Shown here piece after piece: positions 11,301 through 22,970 of a DNA stretch of 64,000 nt. Numbering within the stretch: position 1 is the stretch's first letter; each line of letters begins with the position of its first letter. The stretch spans positions 10,818,252 through 10,882,251 of the forward strand of contig NC_068986.1 in assembly GCF_001194135.2 (NCBI RefSeq). Reading direction: 5' to 3'. The DNA is from Octopus bimaculoides (taxonomy: Eukaryota). The notes under the pieces are model-generated. The model worked only from the letters and a program-made list of their open reading frames with translations, was not told the origin of the DNA and did no database searches. Position numbers and translations under genes: made by a program.

Positions 11301-14300
11301 NNNNNNNNNNNNNNNNNNNNNNNNNNNNNNNNNNNNNNNNNNNNNNNNNNNNNNNNNNNNNNNNNNNNNNNNNNNNNNNNNNNNNNNNNNNNNNNNNNNN
11401 NNNNNNNNNNNNNNNNNNNNNNNNNNNNNNNNNNNNNNNNNNNNNNNNNNNNNNNNNNNNNNNNNNNNNNNNNNNNNNNNNNNNNNNNNNNNNNNNNNNN
11501 NNNNNNNNNNNNNNNNNNNNNNNNNNNNNNNNNNNNNNNNNNNNNNNNNNNNNNNNNNNNNNNNNNNNNNNNNNNNNNNNNNNNNNNNNNNNNNNNNNNN
11601 NNNNNNNNNNNNNNNNNNNNNNNNNNNNNNNNNNNNNNNNNNNNNNNNNNNNNNNNNNNNNNNNNNNNNNNNNNNNNNNNNNNNGGTTCTTTCTTTTTCT
11701 TTTAATCTATGACACCTTATTTACCTGCAGTCAAAAGATAACCTAGACAGAAACAAACCCAAGTGGCATAATTGAACAGTCTGGCAAAACAGATAATAAT
11801 AACGATGATGACTTCAAAATTTGGCACAAGGCCACCAATTTCAGCCCCCAGTTCTCAACTCATGCTTATTTTATCGACCCTGGAAGGATGAAAGGCAAAG
11901 TCAACCTCGGTGGAATTTGAGCTCAGAACGTGGAGACAGATGAAATGCTGCTAAGCATTCTGCCCAGCATTCTAACAACTCTTCCATCCCGCTGCCTTAA
12001 TAATAAGAATTTGTCTCCTTTATAAGCATAAAATGTGTAATTCAGGAATTGGGGATTAGTTGACTACATCAATGATTATATACTCTATTGCCCCAGGAGA
12101 ATATGAAAGGCAAGTATGATTTTGGCATAACTTGAACTCAGAACGTACAGAAATGGGATAGTAGCACATGGTTTCCAGCACTAATACCATATTTACCAAA
12201 CAAAGAAATGTGTGTGCTTGTCGTCTCACTTTATATCCACTATAAAAAGAAACTACCTGTTTAGCATTCACCAGTATACTTAAGTATTGTTTGTAAGCCC
12301 CTATTCAAACACACAGTCAACATTTAACTGTCTGTTTTTGTTTGTTTGTTTGTTTTTTCCATAAAACTTCCTAAGAGATCTAACGAGTTTTCTTTGGTCA
12401 GCCAACATACAATTACTCTTATCTACAAAAATATTTGTATGATTTTCTTTTCCTCTTTTTATTTGTACATATTAAAGACCCAAACAGAGCATTTATCTCC
12501 TCAATGCACCAAAAATGTCTCCTGACACTTTTCTGTTTAAAAAAAAACAAAAACAGCTGTAGAAGTCTAGTGGAATCGGTTCAAAACAAAAAGCAGAGAA
12601 CATCCTTCCAGAAGGTTCTCAACTGTGATGGTTAAAGCAAATTAAAAACACACACACACACACACAAGACACCACCACAGCCATTGTTGTCATCATCCTC
12701 ATTGTTACATCCACATTTCATATGTGCAGGCATGGCTATGTGGTTAAGAAGCTTGCCTCTCAACCATGGGATCTTGGGTTCAGTCCCACAGTGTGGCACC
12801 TTGGGCAAGTGTCTTCTACTTTAGCCCTGTGTCAACCAAAGTCATGTGAGTGAATTTGGTAAACAGAGATGGGGGGGTTGTGTGTCTACCCTTGCCTTGA
12901 CACCACATGATGTTTTGTAAATGAGCATCATTGTCATGCAAGTGAGGTTGTTTCCAGTCATCCATGAAAAAAAACATGTCTGGCCAAGGGAAAAATTTAC
13001 CTTACCGGGAAACAGGTGAGGGTTGGTGACAGGAAGGGCATCCAGCTGTAGAAAATTTGCCTCAACATGTTCCATCCAACCCATACAAGCAGGAAATGTG
13101 GATGTTAAATGATGGTGATGAAAATCTCACACCGCATAGAGTCACTTGGTGCAATCTTTTGACACCTGAGCACACAGAGCAACAAAAATGCTAATCTTTA
13201 CTGTTGTGTAGATCATGGTTTTATGGCTAGAATCCCTACATCACACCAATCACTTTGAAATACAGCATAACTAAAGAATAACCTTCACCCAGCAATGTGT
13301 GTGGTGAGGTACATAAGGGTATCACTTCATAAGTTAAAATCTTTGCTTTTCATTTGTGGTTTCATGTTCAGTCCTACCACACAGCACCTTGGGAAAGTGT
13401 CTTCTACTATAGCTCCAGGCTGACCAAAACCTTGTGAATGGATTTAGCTGATGGAAACTGAAAGAGGCACTTTGTGTGCATATGTTTGTGTTCGTTTGTC
13501 TTGACATTTTGTGATAGTTGTAAATGAGTATCACAAGTGGGGTCCTTTTGTTTCCAGTCTTCTGCAAAACCATATCCAGCTATAGGGAAATGCTACCTTG
13601 CTTGAAAACGGTTGAAGTTTGGCAACAAAGAAGGGCATCTAACAGTCAAAAATCTCTCTCAGCAAATTCCAACAGTCCCATGCAAGAATGGGGAAAAAAT
13701 GGACGTTAAAACAACAGCATTGGGTTAATGACAATCAGAAGACGAAACCAATCAAAGCAAACACCAAGACATAGGAACCCCTGTAAAATAGGCACAGGTG
13801 TGGCTGTCGGGTATGAAATTTACTACACAACCACATGGTTCCAGGTTCAGTCCTACTGTCTGACACCTTGGGCAAGTGTCTTTTACTATAGCCTCAGGCC
13901 AAGCAAAGCCTTGTGAGTGGATTTGGTAGACGGAAACTGAAAGAAGCCCAGTGTGTGTGGGAAGGTGTCTGTCTGTCTGTCTATGTGTGTATCCTGTGCC
14001 ACTGCTGAACAACCAGTGTCGGTGTGTTTATGTCCCTGTAAATTAACAGTTTAGCAAGAGACTAATAAACACTGGGGTTGATTTGTTCAACTAAGACATT
14101 CAAGGCTGTGCCCCCAGCACAACTGCACTGAAACAAGTAAAAAAAAAAAGAAAAAAGATATACATAAATATAAATTTTGTCTCTAAACATGAGGTTAATA
14201 ATCCAAAACATTTCATAAATTTTACTGCCATGAATGGCCACTCCTAAAAAAAAGTCATTTTGGAAACTTTTTTTAGTTCACATTTGTTAGGATTTCCAGT

Positions 14301-14852
14301 TATATGAACATGCAATAGTTTTATTCATACATCAGCAAATAACAATAGTGTGTTGTGTATATATATATATGTATGTGTGCATACAAACCAGGATGTTCTC
14401 TTTATGTATTGCAAGTGACATAGTGCATATGTACACATATGTGTGCGCATGTGTGTATGTACAAAGCATTATGCCATGTCATTTTGTGATTCTATGCGTC
14501 ACACCTAAAACCAACAAAGTTATGATTTCACAGAAAAAAGTTTGAAAGAAAATATTTTAAACTACTCGTTTTCTTATAATTTTTTTTACCTTGACACTTA
14601 TTTGTGCTAGTTTAATAATAACAATAATGCATAGAGCTTCAATAGCCAGTGTTGTGGTACCTAAAACAATCAGTGCATTTGGAACCATCTCAATGAGAGC
14701 AATACTCTGGCATCAAAAACTGCAAATACCAAACTTCATAGGAAATATTCAGTTGGCAGCAATACTCGAAACAGCTGACATGTTGACAAAAGTGTTGCGT
14801 CTCTAAGCTTCAGGATGAGGTGAGATGTGACATAGATTAATCAGAAGTTAAG

Positions 14853-14908
<56 letters not shown>

Positions 14909-16917
14909 CCTTTCTACTGGAAGCACAAGGCCTCAAATTTGGGGGAATGGATTAAGTCGATTACATCAACCCCAGTGCATAACTGGAACTAATTTTATCA
15001 ACCCTGAAAGGATGAAAGGCAAAGTCGACTTTGGTGGAACTTGAACTCAGAACATAACAGCAGATGAAATACCGCTAAGCATTTTGCCAGCGTGCTAACG
15101 ATTCTGCCAACCTTCCACCTTAATAATAATTATAATAATAATAAAAGATGGGCTACAGCAAATATTCTGCACAATACCACAGATTTGCTTGTCAGTTGTT
15201 TGACCTTAACCAGTTGAGCATGTCCCTTAGTGGCTGACAATATGTGCATCTCTGATCATGAGCAGAAGTAGTGGGGGAACATCATAGCCATGTATTGACA
15301 GGAATTGTTTGGGGTTTGAATAATTCACCTTTGGAAACATGGGTGTTTTACTCAACATCCTTAAAACAACCCTTATTCACAAGCTTTTTGAGTGGGATGG
15401 GTTATTCAACCTGAAGAAAATTCTTACTGGACCCCACTTGCAAGGTCATGCACTGTTTATCTTGATATGAGATCACCATATTGCGCATATATGGCTGTGA
15501 TGCATGTGCCTGGTGTACCCTTATCAGACGGGTAGTCATGATGGGTATATTGGGCTTCGTATATTTGTACCCCAGTGTCACTTTGATGGCATGTACTGCT
15601 CTCTCACTCAGTAATAATAATATTAATAACTAGCAGAAATACCCGGCGTTGCCCGGGTTAAAGAGAATAATGAAATCTAAAAACGCCGTCTAGACTACGC
15701 ATCATCTTTATATATAGAGATGTATATACACACACGCACCCAAACACANNNNNNNNNNNNNNNNNNNNNNNNNNNNNNNNNNNNNNNNNNNNNNNNNNNN
15801 NNNNNNNNNNNNNNNNNNNNNNNNNNNNNNNNNNNNNNNNNNNNNNNNNNNNNNNNNNNNNNNNNNNNNNNNNNNNNNNNNNNNNNNNNNNNNNNNNNNN
15901 NNNNNNNNNNNNNNNNNNNNNNNNNNNNNNNNNNNNNNNNNNNNNNNNNNNNNNNNNNNNNNNNNNNNNNNNNNNNNNNNNNNNNNNNNNNNNNNNNNNN
16001 NNNNNNNNNNNNNNNNNNNNNNNNNNNNNNNNNNNNNNNNNNNNNNNNNNNNNNNNNNNNNNNNNNNNNNNNNNNNNNNNNNNNNNNNNNNNNNNNNNNN
16101 NNNNNNNNNNNNNNNNNNNNNNNNNNNNNNNNNNNNNNNNNNNNNNNNNNNNNNNNNNNNNNNNNNNNNNNNNNNNNNNNNNNNNNNNNNNNNNNNNNNN
16201 NNNNNNNNNNNNNNNNNNNNNNNNNNNNNNNNNNNNNNNNNNNNNNNNNNNNNNNNNNNNNNNNNNNNNNNNNNNNNNNNNNNNNNNNNNNNNNNNNNNN
16301 NNNNNNNNNNNNNNNNNNNNNNNNNNNNNNNNNNNNNNNNNNNNNNNNNNNNNNNNNNNNNNNNNNNNNNNNNNNNNNNNNNNNNNNNNNNNNNNNNNNN
16401 NNNNNNNNNNNNNNNNNNNNNNNNNNNNNNNNNNNNNNNNNNNNNNNNNNNNNNNNNNNNNNNNNNNNNNNNNNNNNNNNNNNNNNNNNNNNNNNNNNNN
16501 NNNNNNNNNNNNNNNNNNNNNNNNNNNNNNNNNNNNNNNNNNNNNNNNNNNNNNNNNNNNNNNNNNNNNNNNNNNNNNNNNNNNNNNNNNNNNNNNNNNN
16601 NNNNNNNNNNNNNNNNNNNNNNNNNNNNNNNNNNNNNNNNNNNNNNNNNNNNNNNNNNNNNNNNNNNNNNNNNNNNNNNNNGTTTCAGTTAGTGGAATAG
16701 TTTCATTTTTAAAGTGAAAGTATTTGACATGAGTGTTTTTGTTTCACTTTTGACACGTAATACTTAAATAGTGGAGGAGATATTATGTTGCCGCGTGCTC
16801 GAACTCTGCAAGAAGTTAATCATTTTTTTTTACTAAAACACAACTGGAACCCTAAGTAAGGCATGTGTAAAATTTGAATGAAATTGGTTGCGTAGTTCTC
16901 GAGTTTTAGGGATTCAC

Positions 16918-16968
<51 letters not shown>

Positions 16969-17162
16969 CACATTCTCATTTTTATATATATAGATAATGT
17001 ACTGAATCTGTTGATTACGAAGTGTTTCTTACACTTACAAAAATTCACAAAACAACTGAATCTTACTTGGTTCATTTTCGCTGTAAACTTCCAGAATATG
17101 GACAGTGTCTCCGGTTGATAATGGTAAGCCATGTTTCACGTCACCAGAAAAATTACAAACAG
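6797..17162 (-). CDS. DOCK3/4: Spliced partial CDS (exons 2-5 equivalent) of a DOCK-B family Rac-GEF, N-terminal SH3 domain plus start of helical region
   Basis: Four GT-AG exons join in frame (290 nt): (A)VCNFSGDVKHGLPLSTGDTVHILEVYSENEP-I-WYRGCSLKVKNKV-GIFPAAFICTKQCKVDNE-G-PYESITPIEDQTSLEVSYVLREWSVLWKEAFV. It has the SH3 hallmarks GDTVHILE, WYRG and GIFP. G.V..GL.L and P.ED...EV...LREW resemble DOCK3/4 rather than DOCK1/2/5 (recalled alignment). Intron phases are 1,1,0,2,0. Confidence 0.93.
7986..8041 (-). CDS. DOCK3/4: DOCK3/4-like exon 4 (56 nt)
   Basis: ttttatttgtag|GGC ATC TTC CCT GCT GCA TTT ATA ... AAT GAA GG|gtaagt; encodes GIFPAAFICTKQCKVDNEG. Too short to appear in the ORF track. 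Confidence 0.93.
8192..8237 (-). ncRNA. Minimal type-I hammerhead motif, minus-strand (DOCK-sense) copy with G12>A
   Basis: GACAC CTGATGA A GGCTG gatggtattt CAGCC AAAA CGTT GTGTT: intact stem II, but AAAA in place of GAAA. Confidence 0.5.
8446..8491 (+). ncRNA. Minimal type-I hammerhead ribozyme motif (Penelope/retrozyme-like), plus-strand copy
   Basis: Stem I GACAC/GTGTT, CTGATGA, extra A, stem II GGCTG/CAGCA (closing pair mismatched), GAAA, palindromic AACGTT stem III, GUU triplet. Confidence 0.55.
8900..10255 (-). mobile_element. Old decayed CR1/L2-like LINE
   Basis: Strong purine skew on the + strand and weak RT-region remnants; host of the 9063 hAT MITE. Family assignment is tentative. 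Confidence 0.4.
9063..9382. mobile_element. hAT (Charlie-like) MITE with a perfect 8-bp TSD
   Basis: TIRs CAGAGGTTTTCAAA / TTTGAGAACCAATG; TSD GTGTAGAG at 9055-9062 and 9383-9390. Confidence 0.85.
10685..10725 (-). CDS. DOCK3/4: DOCK3/4-like exon 3 (41 nt)
   Basis: ttctgcag|TT TGG TAC CGT GGT TGC TCT CTC AAA GTC AAA AAT AAA GTG|gtatgt; encodes WYRGCSLKVKNKV. Confidence 0.93.
12728..13110 (+). mobile_element. SINE family A head plus module 2b (RTE-like tail)
   Basis: A head, then TTTCCAGTCATCCATGAAAA..CATGTCTGGCCA..GGAAACAGGTGAGGGTTGG..AGGAAGGGCATCCAGCTGTAGAAA..CCAACCCAT tail. Others at about 3793-4285, 13350-13710, 28052-28460, 32410-33030. Confidence 0.8.
14853..14907. repeat. (AAT)n microsatellite (SINE B tail)
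   Basis: Direct reading. Many further (TG)n, (TA)n, (ATT)n and (GAT)n tracts occur, e.g. 3951-4025, 24656-24712, 30130-30175, 57586-57665, 62438-62485, 63562-63655. Confidence 0.95.
15141..15612 (-). mobile_element. Interspersed repeat family D (~470 nt), class unknown
   Basis: TGCCATCAAAGTGACACTGGGG..CCCATCATGACTACCCGTCTGATAAGGG also at 22985-23100, 23800-23885 and 45200-45470; ends in an (ATT)n-like tail. Confidence 0.7.
15630..15720 (-). mobile_element. Minimal 91-nt non-autonomous Helitron
   Basis: Minus strand A|TCTCTATATATAAAG ... ACCCGG-GCAACG-CCGGGT hairpin (15658-15641), 7 nt, CTAG|T; inserted in an AT dinucleotide with no TSD. Confidence 0.8.
16682..16994 (-). mobile_element. 5' part of a Lep1-like non-autonomous Helitron (3' end in gap)
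   Basis: A|TCTATATATATAAAAATGAGAATGTG followed by a (TGTC)n microsatellite; runs into the gap at 16681. Confidence 0.7.
17067..17162 (-). CDS. DOCK3/4: DOCK3/4-like exon 2 (96 nt, phase 1-1)
   Basis: tttgcag|CT GTT TGT AAT ... GAA CCA A|gtaaga; encodes VCNFSGDVKHGLPLSTGDTVHILEVYSENEP. Confidence 0.93.
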
Positions 17163-17635
17163 CTGCAAATAGAAAAATAATTTCATGGTAATACAACAAA
17201 AAGCACAAATTCAAACAAAAGAAACATGAAACAAACATAACATTCCATATTTGTTATATATAAGGAGAAAATAGATAAACAACCCTAATAGATAAACTGG
17301 TGCAAGTCTGAGAAACAGGAAGTGATCTATGACAGACGTTTCTAACTCATACCAACACAGAAAAGTGGGAAGTAAAGCACCATGATGATGACACCAATGC
17401 CACCAGTGAGGAATATATCAATCATTATCAGTATTCAATAAACAAAGAGTTTTTACAAACTGGCAGAATAAATTCACTGATCGTGTTTCTAACACAGAAT
17501 ATACACAGCTTTGTCTCAATCTTACATATTCTCATCAGTGATACTAAACATCTCCAAAACAATGACAAAAGTGTTAAATACATGAAATGATACAAAAAGT
17601 CTTATTTGATATGTCACATGACCAAACCCACTCAC

Positions 17636-17677
17636 CCACACCAGAACTAATTCTGGAGAGACAACCAGGAAGTAAAA
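17636..17677 (-). other. Candidate micro/cassette exon upstream of exon 2 (17 nt or 42 nt)
   Basis: Pyrimidine tract ttttacttcctggttgtctctccag, then AATTAGTTCTGGTGTGG|gtgagt. Ends S-G-V-(A) in phase 1. An alternative TAG acceptor at 17678 gives a 42-nt phase 1-1 exon. Confidence 0.3.
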
Positions 17678-19269
17678 CTAAAATAAACAAGTGCAGGTGT
17701 GCCTATGTAGAAAGAAGCTTACTTCCCAACCACATGGCCCTGGGTTCAAGTCTCACTACTATAGCCTCAGGTCAACCAAAACCTTGAGTGGATTTGGTAG
17801 ATAGAAACTGAAAGAAGCCCATCATGTGTGTGCGTGCGTGTGCGTGTGTATGCCTTTGTTTCCCACCACCACTTGACAACAGGTGTTGGTGTGCTTACAT
17901 CCCCAGTTCAGGGTTTGATTAATTCACTTAAAAATTCAAGGCAGTGCCCCAGCATGGCTGCAGTCTAATGGCTGAAACAAGTAATAAGATGACTGTAAAT
18001 GAAAACACATTGTGTGAAAAACTTGTGAATTCACTATTAATCATGTAAAGAGATTGATGGGGAAAAAACAATAATCGCACGATACATCTCTACAATTAAT
18101 AAAAGAAAGTGAGTTTTCGTACAATCTCAGCCTCCAGTGGTTTTTTCTCACAATTCCTTATTTCTTTCATTCCATTTATAGTTTGTTTTGATAATTGCTT
18201 TACATTAATTTCTTTTGTTTTGCATCAATGTTTCCTCCTTGTTTCTGGACTACTTTTTTATTCATTAAGAGAAACAGATTCATTTCGTATTTATGTTTTA
18301 CTGGTTTCAGCCAGAGGCTGAGGCCATGCTGTAGCACCACTGTTTTGTCTCTTTGGGTTTCTTTTCTATTCTGTTTCTGATGAAGTAGCAAGCTGGACAG
18401 TGCTGCTCTTCTTTGTACCTCCTGTCTTATGTCAATTTTTTGGGGTGGAATTTCAGAATAGCTATCGCTAATTTATTCAGAAGGGAAAATTTTATTTTTG
18501 TCTCCCAATTTCTAGGTCTCTTCTTTCTCCATGAAGTCGTGATAGCTATTTCAAAACACTAATTATTCTGGTTTTATTTGTTATTAATTAACAGTTTTCA
18601 TTGATGATTGATTAATTATGACCTTGCCATATGCCTGGCTATGGTTTGGATGTGATGTCAATTATTTTGGATTTATCTGGATTATTGTTAATCCAAATTT
18701 CATAAAATCTGATGTTTGTGTGTGCCATAAGGAAAGGTAAATTTTGATTGCTTGAGCAGAGCTCTTTTGCGACTCTTGAAGTCTCTTTCAAATTTCTTTA
18801 ACAGACATAGGCACAGATGTGGTTGTGTGGTAAGAAGTTTCCCTCTCAACCACATGGTTCCAGGTTCAATCCCATTGTGTGGAACCTTGGGCAAGTGTCT
18901 TCTACCATAGCCTCAGGCTGATCAAAGCCTTGTGAGTGGATTTAGTAGATGGAAATTGAAAGAAGCTTGTCAGGAGTGTGTGTGTGTTTTCTACAAAATA
19001 GTCATGACCTACAAATAATGGTCATTACTATCCTATTGCTCTTGTCAAGAGACATGCTTACCATACACACACACACACACATACACAGAGTGAGCTTCTC
19101 TCAGTTTCTGTCAACCAGATCCACTCATAAAGTTTTTGGTTGGTCTGTGGCTATAATAGAAGACATTTTCTCAACGTGTTATGTGCAGTGAAACGGAACC
19201 CAAAACCACGTTGGTCGCAAAGCAAACTTAACTACAATCACATCTATGCTCACAAACATACACACACAC

Positions 19270-19300
<31 letters not shown>

Positions 19301-20002
19301 CCTGACACTGACTTAGAAACTATTGGCACTTATGTAACATCTTGCTGAGAATAAATTCGTTTTTTGTTCAAATGACAGAATCAAAGACAGGAATCATCAA
19401 AATGGAAAGCAAAAAAAGGAAAATCCAAGAATTGAATGTCCAAAGGTGTCTGAGAAGTAAATTTGTTTGCTTTGGGGTTTCATAAACAAACCATTCCGAA
19501 TGAAAAGATGGATAAAAAAGAAGAAAAAAAACAATGAAAAAGAAAAATAAAAGACAAAGAAATGGCAATGTTTTCTTTGAGAAGTTTGGATGGCTGAGTT
19601 TAGAAACGAAATTGTAAAAATGCATTGAAGAAACTGAGATGGAAGTTGGTTGAACAAGAGGAATCTGGTTGGCAAGGTGATAAAAAAGGAAAATATATTT
19701 CACGTTCAATTGATCTGCACCCAATTCACTCAGTAACAAAATGTTTCATAGCTTTTGTTTTCTTTTTATTGGAAGGATTTTTTTTTTAATATGTGCAGCA
19801 GAGAAAACAACATCAATTAATGGTAAACAGCAGTAGAGAGAATGATTGTAATAAAGCAAACCAGAAATAAATAAATAAATGTGCTATTAATCTGAAAGGA
19901 AACAGTTGCTTTATCGAGTCTGGAAAATAAAGATGGCCTCTCTCTTTTCACACACATCTCAATTTTTTGCTTTCTCTTTTCCATTATCTACATGTCCTGT
20001 CA

Positions 20003-20392
20003 TGTATATATACATACATTATATATATATACATACACCTATATATATATATACATATATACATATATATGTATACATATATATATACATATATACATAT
20101 ATATGTATACATATATATACATACATATATATATATACACATATATATACATACATATATATATATACACATATATATATACACATATATATATACACAT
20201 ATATATACACACATATATATACATATATACACATACACATATACACATATATACACATACACATATACACATATATATACATATATATATACATATATAC
20301 ATATATACATACATATATACATATATACATACATATATACATATATACATACATATATACATACATATATACATATATATAAACATATATAT

Positions 20393-20461
<69 letters not shown>
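20003..20461. repeat. Compound microsatellite: (TA/CA)-mosaic followed by (GA)n
   Basis: Direct reading; source of the spurious Y/I/H/T and RE-repeat ORFs. Confidence 0.95.
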
Positions 20462-20462
<1 letters not shown>

Positions 20463-21286
20463 GCACAGACATGGCTATGTGGGAAGAAGCCTGCTTCCCA
20501 GCCACATGGTTCCTGGTTCAGTCCAATGTGTAGCAGCTTGGGCAAGAATGTCTTCTACTTTAGCCCTGGGCTGACCAAAGCCTTGTGAGTGGATTTGGTT
20601 AATGGAAACTGAAAAAAACCCCCATCATATGCATGTGTGTGCATGTATATGAAATACACACAGACACATATACGATGTATGTATACGTGTCTTCTTATCT
20701 GTGTCTGTCCCCCACCGCCACCACCTCCACTTCGCAACAAGCGTTCCTTGGCCTTTTTACTTTCCCATGAGATAATAATAGATATTCTAAAACATCCTCT
20801 GCCACTGAATGAAAATAATAATTCTAGCTGACATGTCATTATTTTCCCATCGTTGCAGTTAAAGTTATATAAAAATGTAAACAACCCTTTTTTTTGCCTC
20901 TCTTTAAGGGTTCACTAGGAGGAGGGAAGGCGAAGCCGATAACGTAATACGGTTGTAAAACACCTTAGCCTTTATGCTTGCTTGCATTAATGCCATCGCA
21001 ATACATCATCGTTAAAGCAATGAATAAAATCAGAAACCATTTTCTCAAACACAGACAAATCACCGGGTCACTGAATTTTACTGGTCATTGAATGGTACCT
21101 GCCTACGTGACTTATTTTTGTTTGTAATTCCTTTGTTACCATAGTTCAGTTGAAATACACTGCCCTCGTTTCAATTAATGAGGAAATCGGAGAATTTAGT
21201 AAAATAACTGTCATTAATAATCTAGTTATCTGGAACATAAGTTAACATGAAATTTTGATGGAAGGCTTTAATTTAGATCACTTTAA

Positions 21287-21507
21287 CCTTTTCATTACCG
21301 TTTTTATTTTGAGATGCTCTGTGTTTCTTTCAATTACTTTAAATATAACAAAGAATTTAGTAAAATAACTTTGTTATCTTTAAGCTAGTGTTAGGAACAT
21401 AAATTGTGACTAAGGCTTGGTGGAAAATTTTAATGCAAAACTTATGAAAACAAAACATTTGTACTAAGAAACCAGAGGTAGTTTCAGCTGGGTTGGCATC
21501 AAAAGGG
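21287..21507 (+). mobile_element. TTAA-flanked MITE, family P2, nested in a related MITE (~21128-21575)
   Basis: TTAA|CCTTTTCATTACC ... AAAAGGG|TTGA. The host element aligns with 44510-44715, where the site ACTTTAAAACAGG is empty. Confidence 0.7.
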
Positions 21508-22489
21508 TTGAAACAGGAAGTTAGTATCATAGAACCAAGGGGCAGTGTCAGGCAGGTTGGAATCAAAGGAATAAAAGATATTTTCATATGAGATAGCCTA
21601 AAACCGACAGCTTAAGTCTGAGATTTTTATCTCAAGTTTAGCAAAATGAATTTGCAGCTGCAAGAAAACTGACTGAACTTCAATAAAAGAAAGACTGCTT
21701 GTTTAAAAGCTTATTCCACTCAAATACAAACTGTATCAAATGCATTATATCATAGTTTTGAAATTTCAATGATGTGATTAATTTTAGAATGATTGTATGA
21801 CAGGTGCGAGGAGCCAGATCTGGCCAGTTCAACCATAAAACTGCAGAATATTGGGACCAGACATGTCCGGTTTAGATGCTAGAGGGGTAAAATAATTGTT
21901 CATAGTGAGAAAAGAATTATAAGATAATTTTGAAATGTTCGCTTGTTATGGAGAGACATAAACCAATTCTAAAGAGAAGCTTCATATGATTGAAATAACA
22001 CAAACCTAAAGATATTACTAGCACCAATTCTATTGAATCTGGATGGATGAAAAGTATAATTAACTTGTGCAAAGCATTGACTGTTTACCATTTATACCAG
22101 TTGGCTGCACATTCTTTTACAATATGGAAAATATATTTAAATTTTAAAACATGTCTCCAGATAATTTTCTTCCAGTAAAAGCGAGTCTATTTAATGGTTT
22201 GAAATATTTTTGACATGAAAGTAAAGAAAATCTAACAAAGAATTATATGGTCGATGATGGGAATGTTCATCGCTTTTATTAATAAAACTGGCTACATTTG
22301 TGTACAAGGTGTGAGGAGTGATAGCCAGCTATAGTGCAAGTGTACTAAAGATGCAGAGAATTGAATTAGCTTTGCAGGTTCAATTCTTGCTTGAAGTCAA
22401 TTCCATTTCACTTCCATCACTGATACACTTGTGAAGAGCCTATTTTGTCTTTATTGCTCAAGAAAGTTGATGTTGCCATTGTTATTATT

Positions 22490-22710
22490 CAGGCAGCAAA
22501 CTGGCAGAATGGTTAGCACGCCAGACGAAATGCTTAGTGGTATTTTGTCTGCAATTACATTCTGAGTTCAAATTCCGCCGAGGTCGACTTTGCCTTTCAT
22601 CCTTTCAGGGTCAATAAATTAAGTACCAGTGAAACACTGGGCTCGATGTAATTGACTAGTCCCCTTCCCACAAATTTGAGTCCTTGTGCCTCCAGTAGAA
22701 GGGATTATTA

Positions 22711-22754
<44 letters not shown>

Positions 22755-22970
22755 TTTATGGCTGGCAGAATCATTAGCACGTTGGATGAAATGCTTAGCA
22801 ATATTTCACCCGTCGCTACGTTCTGAGATCAAATTCTGCCAAGGTCGACTTTGCCTTTCATCCTTTCGGGGTCGATAAATTAAGTACCAGTGAAACACTG
22901 GGTGGGAGTGGAGTGGTCGACTAGCCCCTTCCCCCAAGATTTCAGGCCTTGTGCCTTAAGTAGAAAAGAT
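22490..22970 (+). mobile_element. Two head-to-tail SINE family B copies separated by (ATT)n
   Basis: B box GAGTTCAAATTCC and body AGGTCGACTTTGCCTTTCATCCTTTC.GGGTC.ATAAATTAAGTACCAG, twice. Confidence 0.85.

Noticed and set aside
17353-17383. ATG-started 31-nt phase-1 segment (MVLYFPLFCV-A) with a GTATGA donor as an alternative first exon
   Set aside because: The ATG comes from a CATCAT micro-repeat, the peptide shows no DOCK similarity beyond the V-A junction, and there is no promoter evidence.
19906-20588. 150-200 aa Y/I/H/T- and RE-rich ORFs (also 32481-32834, 49834-50155, 57509-58264)
   Set aside because: Translations of dinucleotide microsatellites, which lack stop codons.
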